DNA of 64,000 nt from Hydrolagus affinis. Its lineage: Eukaryota. Position 1 is the first letter of the stretch. Each line of letters starts with the position of its first letter. Below, one piece after another: positions 24,671 to 37,002 of this stretch. The stretch is taken from assembly GCA_012026655.1 (NCBI GenBank), contig JAAILG010000013.1:124001-188000 (forward strand). The letters are read 5' to 3'. The position numbers and the translations under genes are program-made. The notes under the pieces were generated by a model, which ran no database searches, was not told the DNA's origin, and was given only the letters and a program-made list of their open reading frames with translations.

Positions 24671-25010
24671 AAACAACAACAAAATTACATTTATAGAGAG
24701 CCTTACACTTCGGGAGGACGTCCCAAGGCGCTAAACGGTCAGGTTGGGACCTGAGCAAGGGGAAGGGGCAGGGTAGGGGGGAGGGGAGGGTGAGATTTGG
24801 GAGGGTGGCAGAAGGCACGATCGAAGAGGAGCTTGTGAAGGGAAGAGCCGGGAAGTCTGACAAGGAGGGAGTTTCCATAGTCGAGCCTTGATGTGACGAA
24901 TGCATGGATGAGGGTTTCGGCAGCCTGAGGGATGAGGCAGCGGCAATGTTACGGAGATAGTGGAAGGCAGTGCTGTAGGCAGTAAAATATGTGCATCTCC
25001 ACTTAATGCA
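24671..25010 (-). mobile_element. Internally deleted L2 LINE
   Basis: L2 tail and UTR at 24671-24840 joined directly to an upstream ORF2 segment (TAFHYLRNIA...AETLIHAFVTSRLDYGNSLL), skipping the LQIIQN...WNS segment. Confidence 0.75.
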
Positions 25011-28000
25011 TGAAGCATGACAGATTTGATAGTGTAATAACATTCCCAGAGAGATTTAACCTCTTGCCCCTGGTCTTTATAAGGAAGCTCCTTTTACTGG
25101 TAGGTTATTGAAGTTATGGCTTCTATGTAGATATGCTTGAGATTCCCATCTGCTTCTTAAGTGACAAGCGATATCTCCCGCAGACGAGAGGGGGATGCAA
25201 GTTATCTTGCCAGTTATCAAAAGGTCCTTCCACCACATACCGACAATGTGAAGATATTTATCTGCACCCTGTTTAAGTAGCAAGACAATGCCAGGCGTGT
25301 AATGTTTTAAACAACATAATGAGAAAAACAGACATGTTTATCCTAAATTCTCCCAGACCCTACATAGGTATTAGGTATATCATGTGAAGGGCTTTGAGAT
25401 GTCGGTCCTCCTGACGTGAAAGGCACTATATCAGACACAAAGACTATTATTAGTTAGTAATAGTAAAAAAAAAGGTTCTTGACAAAGTTGAATTGTAGGT
25501 TTCAGCCTGACACATAGGTTTTAGAAGTTGAGACCAGACACGCCCTATATGAAATATGGATTACAGCAGTGCATCTGCCACCTACTGGTTTGAGAGTATC
25601 TCTGGCTGGTGGAAGGAAGCTTGAGTCCTCCAACACCTGCCCCATTATCAAGTTTCCCCTTTATTCACCTCATGGAACTTTGTAGGATATCACTGCAATT
25701 GCAAATTGCTCAAATACAGCGACTACACTTTGCGGTAAATCCCGTGAAGCACTTTGAGAAGTCGTCGTGATATGAAAGGCACTATATCAAATGGAAAGAT
25801 TATTATTTAATATCCTTATAAAAATAGATAAATATTGAATGTTAGAGGTCATGCCAGACTGATCGCAGAGACTCCCCGAGCAGTCGATGTGAATAATGTC
25901 CGCAGAGCAGAGTAACATTTTCAATTTAATGATAGCAAGTTCACCCAAGGACAATCCGCAACAAATTGCCAGAAATAACAGTCAATGAGGCTCATGTATC
26001 TCACAAAGTGGTTGCGTTTGGTTTGGAAGGAAAGACTCGACTTGTATAGACTTTGTCAGCTTCTACCAAATTCCAGATGGAAATAAAAAAAATGCCGAAT
26101 TATGAAGCTGCAACACTAATGTCAGGTGTGTCTCATATCAGTTATCGCACACTCCAAAATCAAACTTGATGCCGGTCAACTTGGGCCATGTTGCAATAAA
26201 TATATTTAGATCAATTATAGTGTCCCTTATTATGAATATTTTATATTCACATCATTATCGTGAAATATGCAGTGGAGGCCTGATGTATTTCCAGCTCTGA
26301 GGGCCTCATAATCCAGGAGTTACTGAAACCAGAGAAGCCCTGGAGGAATTGACTGGGTTGGTGTGAAGCCTGTATATATTAGTGCTCTGGCTCCATTTAG
26401 TACCATCGTATACTTGATTTTGATTGAATTGAACTGGTTTACTGCAACTATATTCATAGAATACCACAGAGATGCAAAATTGTATTGATCAGGGCAAGCT
26501 CGAAGATTTATAGACAATTACAAATCATTAACATCGCTCCCAGCTGCTTAGTGGTTTAGCAATGTTTTAGCAGGACAACAAGACAGCTGAGCCACTGCTT
26601 AGGACCTATATTCTCCAATACCTTCACACTGAGCTCATCCACAGAGATTTGATGGTCACTAATCCCAAATCACACTTGCAACGCTTGTTCAAAAGTCAGT
26701 TATTTATTTATTTTAAAAAATTATATAACAACTGAATAATGAGTTACACTTTCTTTTGCTACGATGTGAGTTGAAGTCACTTTCAGGGGGGGTATTTCCG
26801 ATGTCACCAACTCATAGAATTATTGAGCCTTGAAAGTGGACCTTCTAAACATAAGGAGGAAGGAGCTTCCCATTAAATAATCATAGTCCTTGCATTTGAT
26901 ATTGTGCCTTTTACACTGGGAGGGAATTTCAAAGCACTTTGCAGGATCTAGATTAATGTGTGTAGTGACTGCACGTTTTGTGGGCAGAATTGTTAACCCT
27001 ACCCCCGCAACGATGGAGGCTTTCCAGGAACCATTTGTGTTTCCAAAGCATTAAAGCAGGTTCCGGCGAGCACAGGGAAAACTGCACTCTCTGCCACATG
27101 TATTGATAATAGGCCTTCCTTTGGCTGAAATAAAAAAGTTTGATAGCATCTCTATGGAGTCATTCGCGGCACCTACTGTCCACTTCCATTTCCATCCACT
27201 GTGCTGATTTAGGTGCTCAGTGTAGTTTGAAAGCAAACATGATGAGGCCGCCTTGTACAGCAGCCTCTCTAATGGGCGACTGGCAGTCTGATTTCTTTCA
27301 TATATTTGCTCTGTCACTGGATCTCCATTCGCTGTCACTCAGCTTTTATAACTTTGGACAGGCCTGCGGAAGAGGTCACGTGACCCAGACAGCGCTGCTG
27401 AAACTTTGTAAAAGATGGTAGACGAGGGTGGCTCTGGGACTTTTAGACAAATGTACCTCGTTTCGACACAACAGCATGTACCGAAGTCAATTACGACGAC
27501 ACGCTCTGGTGTCAGAAAGTGCCGACATCCCGAAAACAGCAGCCAATCTGCATTTAGAATGTCACCTGGGCCACTGGCGCTGCGTTTCAGTTATAAATAA
27601 ATAGCGCGCTGTTCTGCAAATCCAGGAGCTGGGAAGAAAGGCAAGGCAAGGCACGAGCTGTCAACTGCAAGGCTGCTTCTGCTGACTAGCGACTGCTGTC
27701 CTTATCAACCACCTCAGTGCCCAGCACAAAGTGGTTACCCCTTGGCTACAGCCTACATGGGGGGGCTATCTGCTTACTTCCCAAAGCAGTGAGAGTTGGC
27801 CAATCTTGTGCTATTCTTTTTTTTAAAAGCTTCGACGGGATTTATTGCTATTGTTGTATATACTGTATATATTTGGGGCCGTTGACCAAGTGGACAGAGG
27901 AAGAAAGAGAGATAGGAGAGACAGATATGATGATGTGAGTCCTGATGGTCTCGTTTCTCCCATTGTAGTTGTATGTAAATAGCAGGGAAACACGGCTTGT

Positions 28001-28737
28001 CTGCTATGAAGTACTTAGCAGGTTAATCCCATGAGAAGCCATGCACTAGTAACGCAGGTTATTCAATGCAATTGCAACCCCAAACCACACGACGCTCCAA
28101 TAATCCGGTTTATAGAAAACACTGGTTCTTCAGCCTGTTCACAAAGCAAGTGTGTGTGGTTCCCACATTGAGCAAATGTAATGGAGCAATATGTAACAAT
28201 TGCAGCGCATTCCCCTGACCTCAATGATAGTGAGAAGAATGGAAGCAAAAATATCTAAAGCAGCTATATGCAAATAACCTCATAAATGATGGCTGATACA
28301 GCTACAGGAAGGGGAGAATGCTGTGTGCAAAATTGAGTCCTGCGTTTGTCAAAAAAAAATATTTAAAAATATAGTGAAAATTCTGAAGCGTTCCTCAAAA
28401 TCCTTTTAGGAATTACCTGTTTAATTACGCCTAAGGTTAGCTCACCCTCTTCCTTCACTTGGTGCCCAAGCTCACCAGTTGTGCAATGCTCTGGGACGCT
28501 ATCCTGCGCTATATAAATGCCAGTTGTTGTTGTCCTCCCAATATGAAAGGCACAATATCAAATTCAAGCATTATTATTTATCGCGGCTCACAAACCTCTG
28601 AGGCTTTGGGGAAAATCTAGTGGGAAGCTGCAGTAAACTGCATGGGTTGATTGCCAAAAAGCCCTTGATAAAGTACCACATGAGAGACGTTTACTAACAA
28701 GTTCCAGTGAGTATCCAGATCCCAAATAAGCAACTGG

Positions 28738-28939
28738 ACGAAATGCGGCAGCCAATTGTGCACAGCGGTGTCCCACAAACAGTCGTGGATTAAAGTGATC
28801 AAATTATTATTGTTTTTTGAGGGATTATTGCCAAATGTGTGGTGCAAGGATACTTCCCCACGATTTCACCCTGCCTGGAACTGAACCCAGGTCTCTTGCT
28901 TGCAAGGCGAGTGCTGCAATCACTGAGCTACAGGACTTC
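28738..28939 (-). mobile_element. tRNA-Ala-headed SINE, 5' half
   Basis: Head and body present, tail absent. Confidence 0.8.
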
Positions 28940-28984
28940 ACATAAATTCACAGGCTCAGTGCAAAGTAGTTAAAGTTTCAGATT

Positions 28985-30090
28985 CTATCAAGCTAGGGGT
29001 TGCTGTGGAATCAGAGGAGGCAGACAAGAGTTTACAAAGAGAGCTCGACAGGCTAGACAGGCCTGAGCTGATCAAATAACACTTCAATAGCAAAGCAGTA
29101 ATGCAGCAAGGCAATGTAATATTTTGAAGAACAAGGCGAGAAATCTAAACGTGTTTTTGGAAGGAACGTTACATTATAAATTCAAGAGGAAAATGCAAAA
29201 TGCTGCTTGTGGTGAATACCAATAGGTGGTATATGTACTCTATTGATAAGATAAAAGCAACAAGGGGGATGGAGGTGAAGTTGAAAGAAACTTAAGGGTG
29301 TTACTTGACTTGTTGTCTCTATCATGTCCTAATAGCAAAAGGCAGCGATAAACAAAGCTAAGAAGAAGCTGGCGTACATTGCCAAATCAGTTTAGTTCAC
29401 AGCCCCAGATGTCATGCTCTATCTGCATCATGCTCTGGCGAGTTCTAATTGCCACCACATAAGGGGCCTCCCAGGCCCGAGAGGTAAGGCAGGGCAGAAA
29501 AACGTGTCTGATGTACAATGTTAAACAGCTTAGCCATCAAGAACAACTGCTTGTGGGACACTGCTGTGCGCAATTCGCTTCACAGTACATATATTCTGTG
29601 AAGCACTTTTGAGAATGTCTCAAAGACGCGTTAAGGTGCTATATCAAATGCAAGGGTTATTATTATTATACGTTAGAGTCCTCATACTCAAGATAGATCT
29701 CAGAGTGAAATCTACAAAGATATAATAATCCTTGCATTTGATATAGTGCTTTTCATGTCTTCTAGACGTCTCAAAGTGCTTCAAATAATATATGGTGAAG
29801 TGAATTGACTGTATATATGTGGGCAAAACATGACAGCCAATTGTGCACAGCAGTGTCCCACAAACAGTCGTGGTTAACTAGAAATAGGGGGCACAATTGA
29901 AGGATAGTTTAGGACAGATATCAGAAAGTATTTCTTCTTATACATGGAAATCAACATGGTTGTAAGGGTTAAAACTGGAGTAACTAATGAAGTTAACAAG
30001 CAGTGTCAATGATAAAATTGGAGGATGTTAGGGTTAGCAATCAGGAAAGTTTGGATCAAATGGGACAAGGAGCCTGCATCTTTTTGTCAA
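28985..30090 (+). mobile_element. Old CR1 LINE fragment interrupted by two SINEs
   Basis: KLGVAVESEEADKSLQRELDRLD-like start. After the SINEs the CR1-like sequence resumes (aggggcacaattgaagg...tttaggacagatatcagaaagtatttcttc). Confidence 0.6.
29550..29875. mobile_element. Tail-to-tail inverted SINE pair
   Basis: Plus copy ~29550-29670 and minus copy ~29722-29875. Confidence 0.85.
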
Positions 30091-30621
30091 TCCGCAAATC
30101 CCAAGCGTTCACAAATGTGAAAAATATACTGAAAACACGTTTAAAGCATTGTGCGTTGCTTCATAATCCATATATAATTAATATTTTAGTCTTTACGTTG
30201 GTGCAATGCTTTTGAAAGAGTCTTTACAGTGTTCATCTTACTACATTAGGTCAGGCAGCAGTTGCCAAGCCACAATTGAATCTGACATTCATAAAGAGTG
30301 ACAGCTTCAATGCACCTCATCCAAGTGTGAGGAGAAACAGATAATGTATTTGGACTAATTAACGAGTGAATTGCCAGTTAGCAATAAAGCCTGGGTGAGA
30401 TTATGACTCACCTGGTCTACTTTCTGAGCTGGAAGGTAATGAGAAGACAGAGAGCCTCAAAACATAAGGTGAATATTGAGTTTGATATATGAGATCAGTG
30501 ATGATATGATAACCTAGAACTGGTATAACCACAACAACAAGAAAATGACATTACATAGAGCACCTTTCACATTAGGAGAACTTCCCAAATCTTCACAAGG
30601 GAAAGGAGAGTCTATGAACAT

Positions 30622-30925
30622 GTGTCAGCCCTAGCTCTGTTGAAAGCACACTCACCTCTGAGTCAAACACAATGTTGTGGGACTTGTAATTTATCTAATC
30701 AATGGAGTGCCGTCTACCTGTCCAGATGGACCTTAAAGATCCTATGGCACTATATGAAAAGAGAAGTAAGTTTCTCTCGGTGTCCTGGCCAAAAAATCCC
30801 CCAAATAAATGTGATCACTGCTGTTTTGGGGATGTCGCTCTGTGCAAAATGGCTGCTGTATTCTCCTACAAAACACACAGTCGCTAGACATTACGGAATA
30901 TCCTTTGAAGTTCTTTAAGACATTC
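30622..30925 (+). mobile_element. Deu-domain SINE with internal deletion
   Basis: Head gtgtcagcc...cacctctgagtca; core gtctacctgtccagatggaccttaaagatcctatggcacta...ggtgtcctggcc; tail. Confidence 0.75.
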
Positions 30926-33900
30926 TCTCAACATCTATTATTTTTGGTATCCATTGATGTATACATTTAGCCTTCAATAATAAACACAAGAGTTTTGCAT
31001 AAAATATGCAATTAAGACACCGCTGTTCAAATTGTTAAATTCTTTTGAACAAACTCTCACTGGTAGCATTTCACCGGGCATGACAAGCAAGCAAATTGCA
31101 ATCAAAGCAATTCATTTGTGACTCCGGTGGGGGGTCATGTGGGAGAGGTCACCGCAAGCTGTCAATCAAAGTCAAATGAGATATCAAAACAAACCTAACC
31201 ATGAATCTGGTCTGACTGTGTATAATGGGCCTTCCAGGATGTCCATCAGATAAACTTTGACCTATCCAACTTTCTCAAGGGTCACAATGGACTGGCAATG
31301 GAATTTACCTGAGGAGACATCGGAGCAAAGCTGTCTGCCAAGACAGTGATAGCAAAGCAGGTCACTGTGCCTTTTTCCATTTCGCTGGAAAATTTATTCT
31401 GTCGTCTGTTTTGCCATTGTATACAACCCAAAAAATTAGGGTGGCAGAAGTAATGGATGGAACTAGAGCTACAATAATGTGACTGACTCAACCATTACCC
31501 TTGTGCTAAGGAGCAATATTGGTAACGATTATTAAACCCTCCGTATCCTACTAAACGTGAAGGACGCTATATAATGCAAGTTGTTGTTGCTCAATAATTG
31601 CTCTTGTAAAGTACTTATATGTTAAGGATTCCTCGAACACAATGGGTCGAACAGCCTTCTTCTGTGCTGCAAATTTGTGAGTAAACGTAAAAAGGAGTTT
31701 CCGCCTTTTAATGAAAACAAACTTAAGTATAAGAATACGTAGAATTTAATTATATATTTCCATTTGTTGCTTTTTTTCCCCACACAGTAACTTTCCTGTA
31801 TTATCTCAACCTTAACTTTAACAACAGGTAAATGTTCCACTCAATTATAGGGGTTCATTTAAAAGCTAAGACTGCATTCAGTTAACTCATAGACTGAGGA
31901 GGCCTTTGTGAAGTGATCCAGATGAGGCCAAATATAAATGGACCATCTCCAAATCAGGTTACTTTGGCTTAGCTTCACAATAGCTCAATGCTCATTTCTA
32001 ACTGTGCACAAACTAAAGCAGGCCTCTTTCCCCAATGCTTGCGTTCATCGCTTTTATTGGCATATACAAGTTGAAATTAAAAAAATGGAGATTTTATACT
32101 ATAGTGCTCAAACCACAATTACTTAAGTCTTAAGAGATCGTTATCCCAGTTCTTACGGTTGCATTAGCCAAATAGCCAGCTGCGCTCCTAACCTTTGGCT
32201 GGTTACAATTTTTCTTTCCATGTTAATCAAAGTACTTGTTCAGTTCACGAATCATAGACTATGTCGCTGCGGGTGATAAATGACCTCAAAATGCGAGTTA
32301 GATAAATTCATTCCTATATAAAGCAGCTAAACTGCTAAAGTCGTTAATCCAATTTAATTCTTGGTGTCGGGATGGGTCTGGCAATGTAAATGATCGGGCT
32401 GAGCCAAGTGTTTGCAATTGCAAGCGGGACTTTACTGAAGTTGATGGTCAGATGAGATACAAAGGACAAGGCAACCACGTGGGAGAGATGCCATTAAGGA
32501 GGACTATCGGCAATAGTTCTTAACATGGAGTATTCAGATCTTTTCATATGTCATCTTTGCTGATTGAATACTGAGAGGGGATTTTGAAATCAGTGAAAAA
32601 TTTTGATAACCCAGCCCAAACGAACAAGATTAATCGGTAGATAATCAATGTTGTCCCTCACCCACAAGAAAGTCAGGGATTGGAAATCCCAGGCTCCATT
32701 TAATGTACATTACCTGATTACCTCGAGTATGCTGAAGGGGTTGAGTGGAAATGCTTGGGATTCAGAATTTTCTGATGTTAAATCAGACAAGTAGGGATGT
32801 TTGACATTCCAATGCAAATTGGGAGATTGTTCTACGGTTCTGCACACATCTAAGAGTCAGACTGAAGGATTCAGTGCTAGAGACGTGCTAACACTTTTTT
32901 TTGAAACCCACTCGTTGATTCAAAATGCTGGCACCCTGACCAGCTGAGAAATGGCAATCGGTATGGGATGGTTAAGAAGCAGTGAATGCACAAAGAGAAT
33001 GTGCTTCAGAGGCTAGAGAGAAAGGGAGGGTGGCAGTACAGCGGACAGTTGGGACAGCCAACATTTCACGGAGAGTTGGGACAGCCTTGCTTCTCTAGTG
33101 TAATCATTACAGAACATTTTTCAACTGATGCTACAATATGCTCTGGTTTAGAGCTGAAAGCTAGCGTGGTATTGTGCTGGCATCTATGCAAAATGTTCCT
33201 AAAATTATTATTAATAATGCATGACCCAACAGTGACAACCGTGAATAAAATGAAGGTGACAGTAAAAACAGGAGCTTAAGCTGCCAAACACAAGCCATTA
33301 GGGCCTCCTCATTTTCTTTTAATTTAGTCAGGAGAGATTTAGATTCTTTTGACAGAACTCTCCAGCCTGCTTCCACTGCTTCATTAAAGGAAAGGTGATT
33401 TAATGAGCTTATAAAACTCTTATTAAACAATAATCTTGAATTATTAAAACCTCAAAATGGCACTCTTACTCACAGTTAACATTTTAATTATTTTCTAAAT
33501 TAATACTTTAATTACTTTAGGTTTAGTGTTTGGCGCCGTTAGCAGGCTGTTTTCCAGCCCGGACGCCTTTTTTGCACCTTTGAAATTCATTTTGAGACCC
33601 TTCAAAGTTGCTGATAGCTTTAGAAGTTGTCAATGAGATTGACTCAAGTATTTACCGGTAACGGGCCTTTGTACAGTTTTGCTTCAAACATTACCTACTG
33701 GTACAGGGTTTGTTACGAAAATTGTCAAAACATTTAACGCATGCAATTAGAAAACTGGAAACCAGCAGAGTGTTTGATCCCAGCACATTAGGCAGGCAGC
33801 CATCTGGATGGAAAAGCAGCCAAAACAGCCCAGACTCCTCAGATTGATTTGTGCTGCCTGGCGTTGGACGTTGTGAATTATTACTCTTTCGAAAATCAAA

Positions 33901-34674
33901 TATGCAACCAGATTTTCATCCGCTCATGAAAAACAATATATTCCTGTGACTCCATCTTCTCCCCTTTCAGGATGATCAGTTTCCCTCTCATGCTGGGTGT
34001 TGTGACCGATGTACTTAAGATATATAAATTCACCATTGGGCGTGAAATGGGACACTTTTAGGTACTGGAATTAACCTGAAAGTTTCAGCCTGCTTTGTAG
34101 CTACTTTGCCTTGCAATTTAAGATTGTACAGAACTAGTAGCGAATTCTTCATCTGGGTTTCAATTTGCAAAACTGTTTTTCTCCCATTGCAGTAATTAAA
34201 AGGTGATTCTATACGGCTTCCGAGCTCAAAAGTGAAAATGAAAGCATTCTCTGCATTTTTGAGTGATCTTAAATGGTCTCCTCCCTACTCCATCTTCCCT
34301 CATGCAAGTGCTTTCTTTGCTGGTTTTCCTTCTTGAACCAGTGAAATGTTCAAAGCCATATATCTCTGTAAATAAAGACTTCATAAATGTTGCCACCGAA
34401 TTGGCCTTGCCTGCCCTCAAAAAGTGAACTGTACAATGTTAAAATACAGAAACAGACTATTCGGCTCAGTCAATTTACCCTTTTCTCCCCCAAATTTAAA
34501 CCCATTCTCAAGCTTACTTGTCACATCCTTGAACAATGGCGCATAAATACACAGCCACTACACTTGAGAGTAGGTTTTGTCAAAAGCTCTGAGGCGTGGT
34601 TTGAATGTTCTTGGATGTCCTTTGAGATTTCGTTTTGACAATGTATTAAGATGCTATACCTAATCCAAGCACTA

Positions 34675-34788
34675 CTGGCTGCCGTGAGTTGCCCACAAAA
34701 TGTACAGTCTCAAAGACATGACAAGGCGTTTTGAGATGTCTAGAAGATGTGAAAAGCGCTATGTCAAATGCAAGGATTATTATTATAT
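34675..34788 (+). mobile_element. SINE tail
   Basis: gcgttttgagatgtctagaagatgtgaaaagcgctatgtcaaatgcaagg(att)n. Confidence 0.8.
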
Positions 34789-36270
34789 GAATTGTAAGCA
34801 TTAGCATTATTATTTCCCACCGTGCTTTTAAGGCAGCCGGATCTTTTGACTTTTAACCACCACCACAACAACAACAACTGCGGAAAAACAGCTTCTGAAA
34901 TCTTACCAGGGAGAATTTGTCAATTGTTAAAGACAAAAGGGGGTTGAACAGGCCAAAAGGACTGTGTGGGATTCGGGGCCAAAAGCACCTGATTCCCAGC
35001 GATGATGAATTGTAGACTGAAGTACGGGGGTCACACCACCCAGTGGGCAACAGCCCGGGCAGAGACCCAGACGTATTTTTCTAACCGGGAAAAAGCCTTG
35101 CGTCTCCTCAGCAGGAAATAGGCCCCCATGTTATTAGGTTTGTCTACATCCTGGCATTTCACAGCTGCTCAGCACGGGGTCAGTGGCAATGAGTCTCGCA
35201 TCATCAATCATGCACAACCTAAAAAAGGTGATGCCGCTTCCAGAGGAACGCTCAGCAGAGGACAGGAGAGGAGGCCGGGTTTCAGAACGCTAATCTCTAT
35301 TAAAATTAACCAACATTAAAAATCCCCACCCTTTCCCTTCACCTTCTGCTCTGGCCGATAAAACATGGCGTTAGCGCGAATCGCGCAACGTAAGACAGCG
35401 TCGGGGAGCTTTGCGTGATTCGGGAAGCGATCTCCTCCGACAAGCAAAACAATGTCCATTTCGCTCTTCTTGGCGCTGTTTTATGGAAACAGCAGAAAAT
35501 ATTAACAGCTGGTGAAACGATGCGTTGAGTAACGTTGGAACAGACGCTGTGTAAATTCTCAGCCTTGGAATCAGGCCGGCATGATACTCAGTGTCTGGTG
35601 TTTCTAGGAAATTACAGTATATGAACAGACAGCCTTTATAATATTACAGAGCACATAATTCTACTGGTTGTCTTAGCGATACAACAATTAGAGAGTGTAT
35701 AAATACCATAGCAGAAAACCTCCTTGAAGGTTTCCTAATTATAAGGGACATAGTTTTCTCATATATTGTATGTCTCTCCCCACCTTCCCCTCCACCCCAC
35801 CATCTCATCCCTTTAAGACGCTGTATTTGACAGAAAATATAATGCAGGTTTAAAAAGTGTGCAGCCATTTTCTCGGTTGTGTTTCACTGAATTGTTTCCT
35901 CAACTGCGAGCATATTCAGTGAACGCTACATTTGGTGGCAGACAGGGTCTGCAATAAACTAAAAAAAATTATCCGGTAGGTTACGTCTGGGTTAATGTTT
36001 TTTCTTGAATGGGCCTATTCTTTCACAATACGTTGCTTGGGTTAATGCCACACGCTTAGGCCAGATATTTTACTTAAAATACAAGGAGGTAAGTGCTGAA
36101 ATGTCAGGTACGATCAGATCCTAGCTTCACATTAACTTAAATGTTTATTAGCACGTCTGCTCTCAAGTCGCTGTTATTGTGGCTGTACTTAGCTATAATT
36201 TCCTTGGTATTGTTGGTCTGATTTCCGATTTGCTTGGTTGAATACTGCAGTCATCAAGCTGATGCTGGAA

Positions 36271-36540
36271 GTGTATTCTGTGAAGCGTTTTGAGATGTCT
36301 AGAAGATGTGAAAAGTGCTATATCAAATGCAAGGCTTATTATTATTATTATTATTCATAATCCTTGCATTTAATATGGAGCCTTGGGACATCCTCCTGAT
36401 GTAAAAGGCACTATACAAATATAATGTTTTTGCTGTGGTTAACACATTTTTGAGTAAAATTAAAGCGCTTCACAGAATATACTATGAAGTGAATTGAATG
36501 TACTTTTTGTAGACTCTAACCACTTGAGCTACAGGACCCC
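36271..36540. mobile_element. Cluster of SINE and L2 tail/head fragments in mixed orientation
   Basis: Plus SINE tail, minus tail, L2-type tail, minus body and minus head fragment in succession. Confidence 0.7.
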
Positions 36541-36604
36541 AAATTGACTTAATTGTGACACGGGAAGAGCACCTGTTTTATACCAGTGCGACATTTCCTT
36601 AATA

Positions 36605-37002
36605 ATAAGATAATAATCCTGGCATTGGACACGGTACCTTTCACATCAGGAGGACGTCTCGACGGAATTCACAGGAGCGATCGAAGTAGCCTATTTGTGG
36701 ATGTCCAGTACCATGAAGTAAATCACCAATTTTATCCGGGGGTTTGTTGGCTGCATGTTGGTAGAAAATCCCTCGTCTTTTCCATTAGTGCCATGGGATC
36801 TTTAGCAACCATCGGAACAACCAGACAGCTCCTCGATTTAATGTCTCTTATCACGAGGACATCACCTCCAGAAATGCACTGTTCCGCATCCCAGCACTGT
36901 ATTGGACTATTTGACTCAACTATGAGTCCTGCTGTAAAGGTTTAAGCCTCAACCCTTTGACTTAGAGGCAAGAGTGCTACCAACTAAGCCACGCTGACAC
37001 CA
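36605..37002 (-). mobile_element. Near full-length Deu-domain SINE
   Basis: Head ggtgtcagcgtggcttagttggtagcactcttgcctctaagtca, core aaagatcccatggcacta, tail ending in attatt. Confidence 0.8.
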
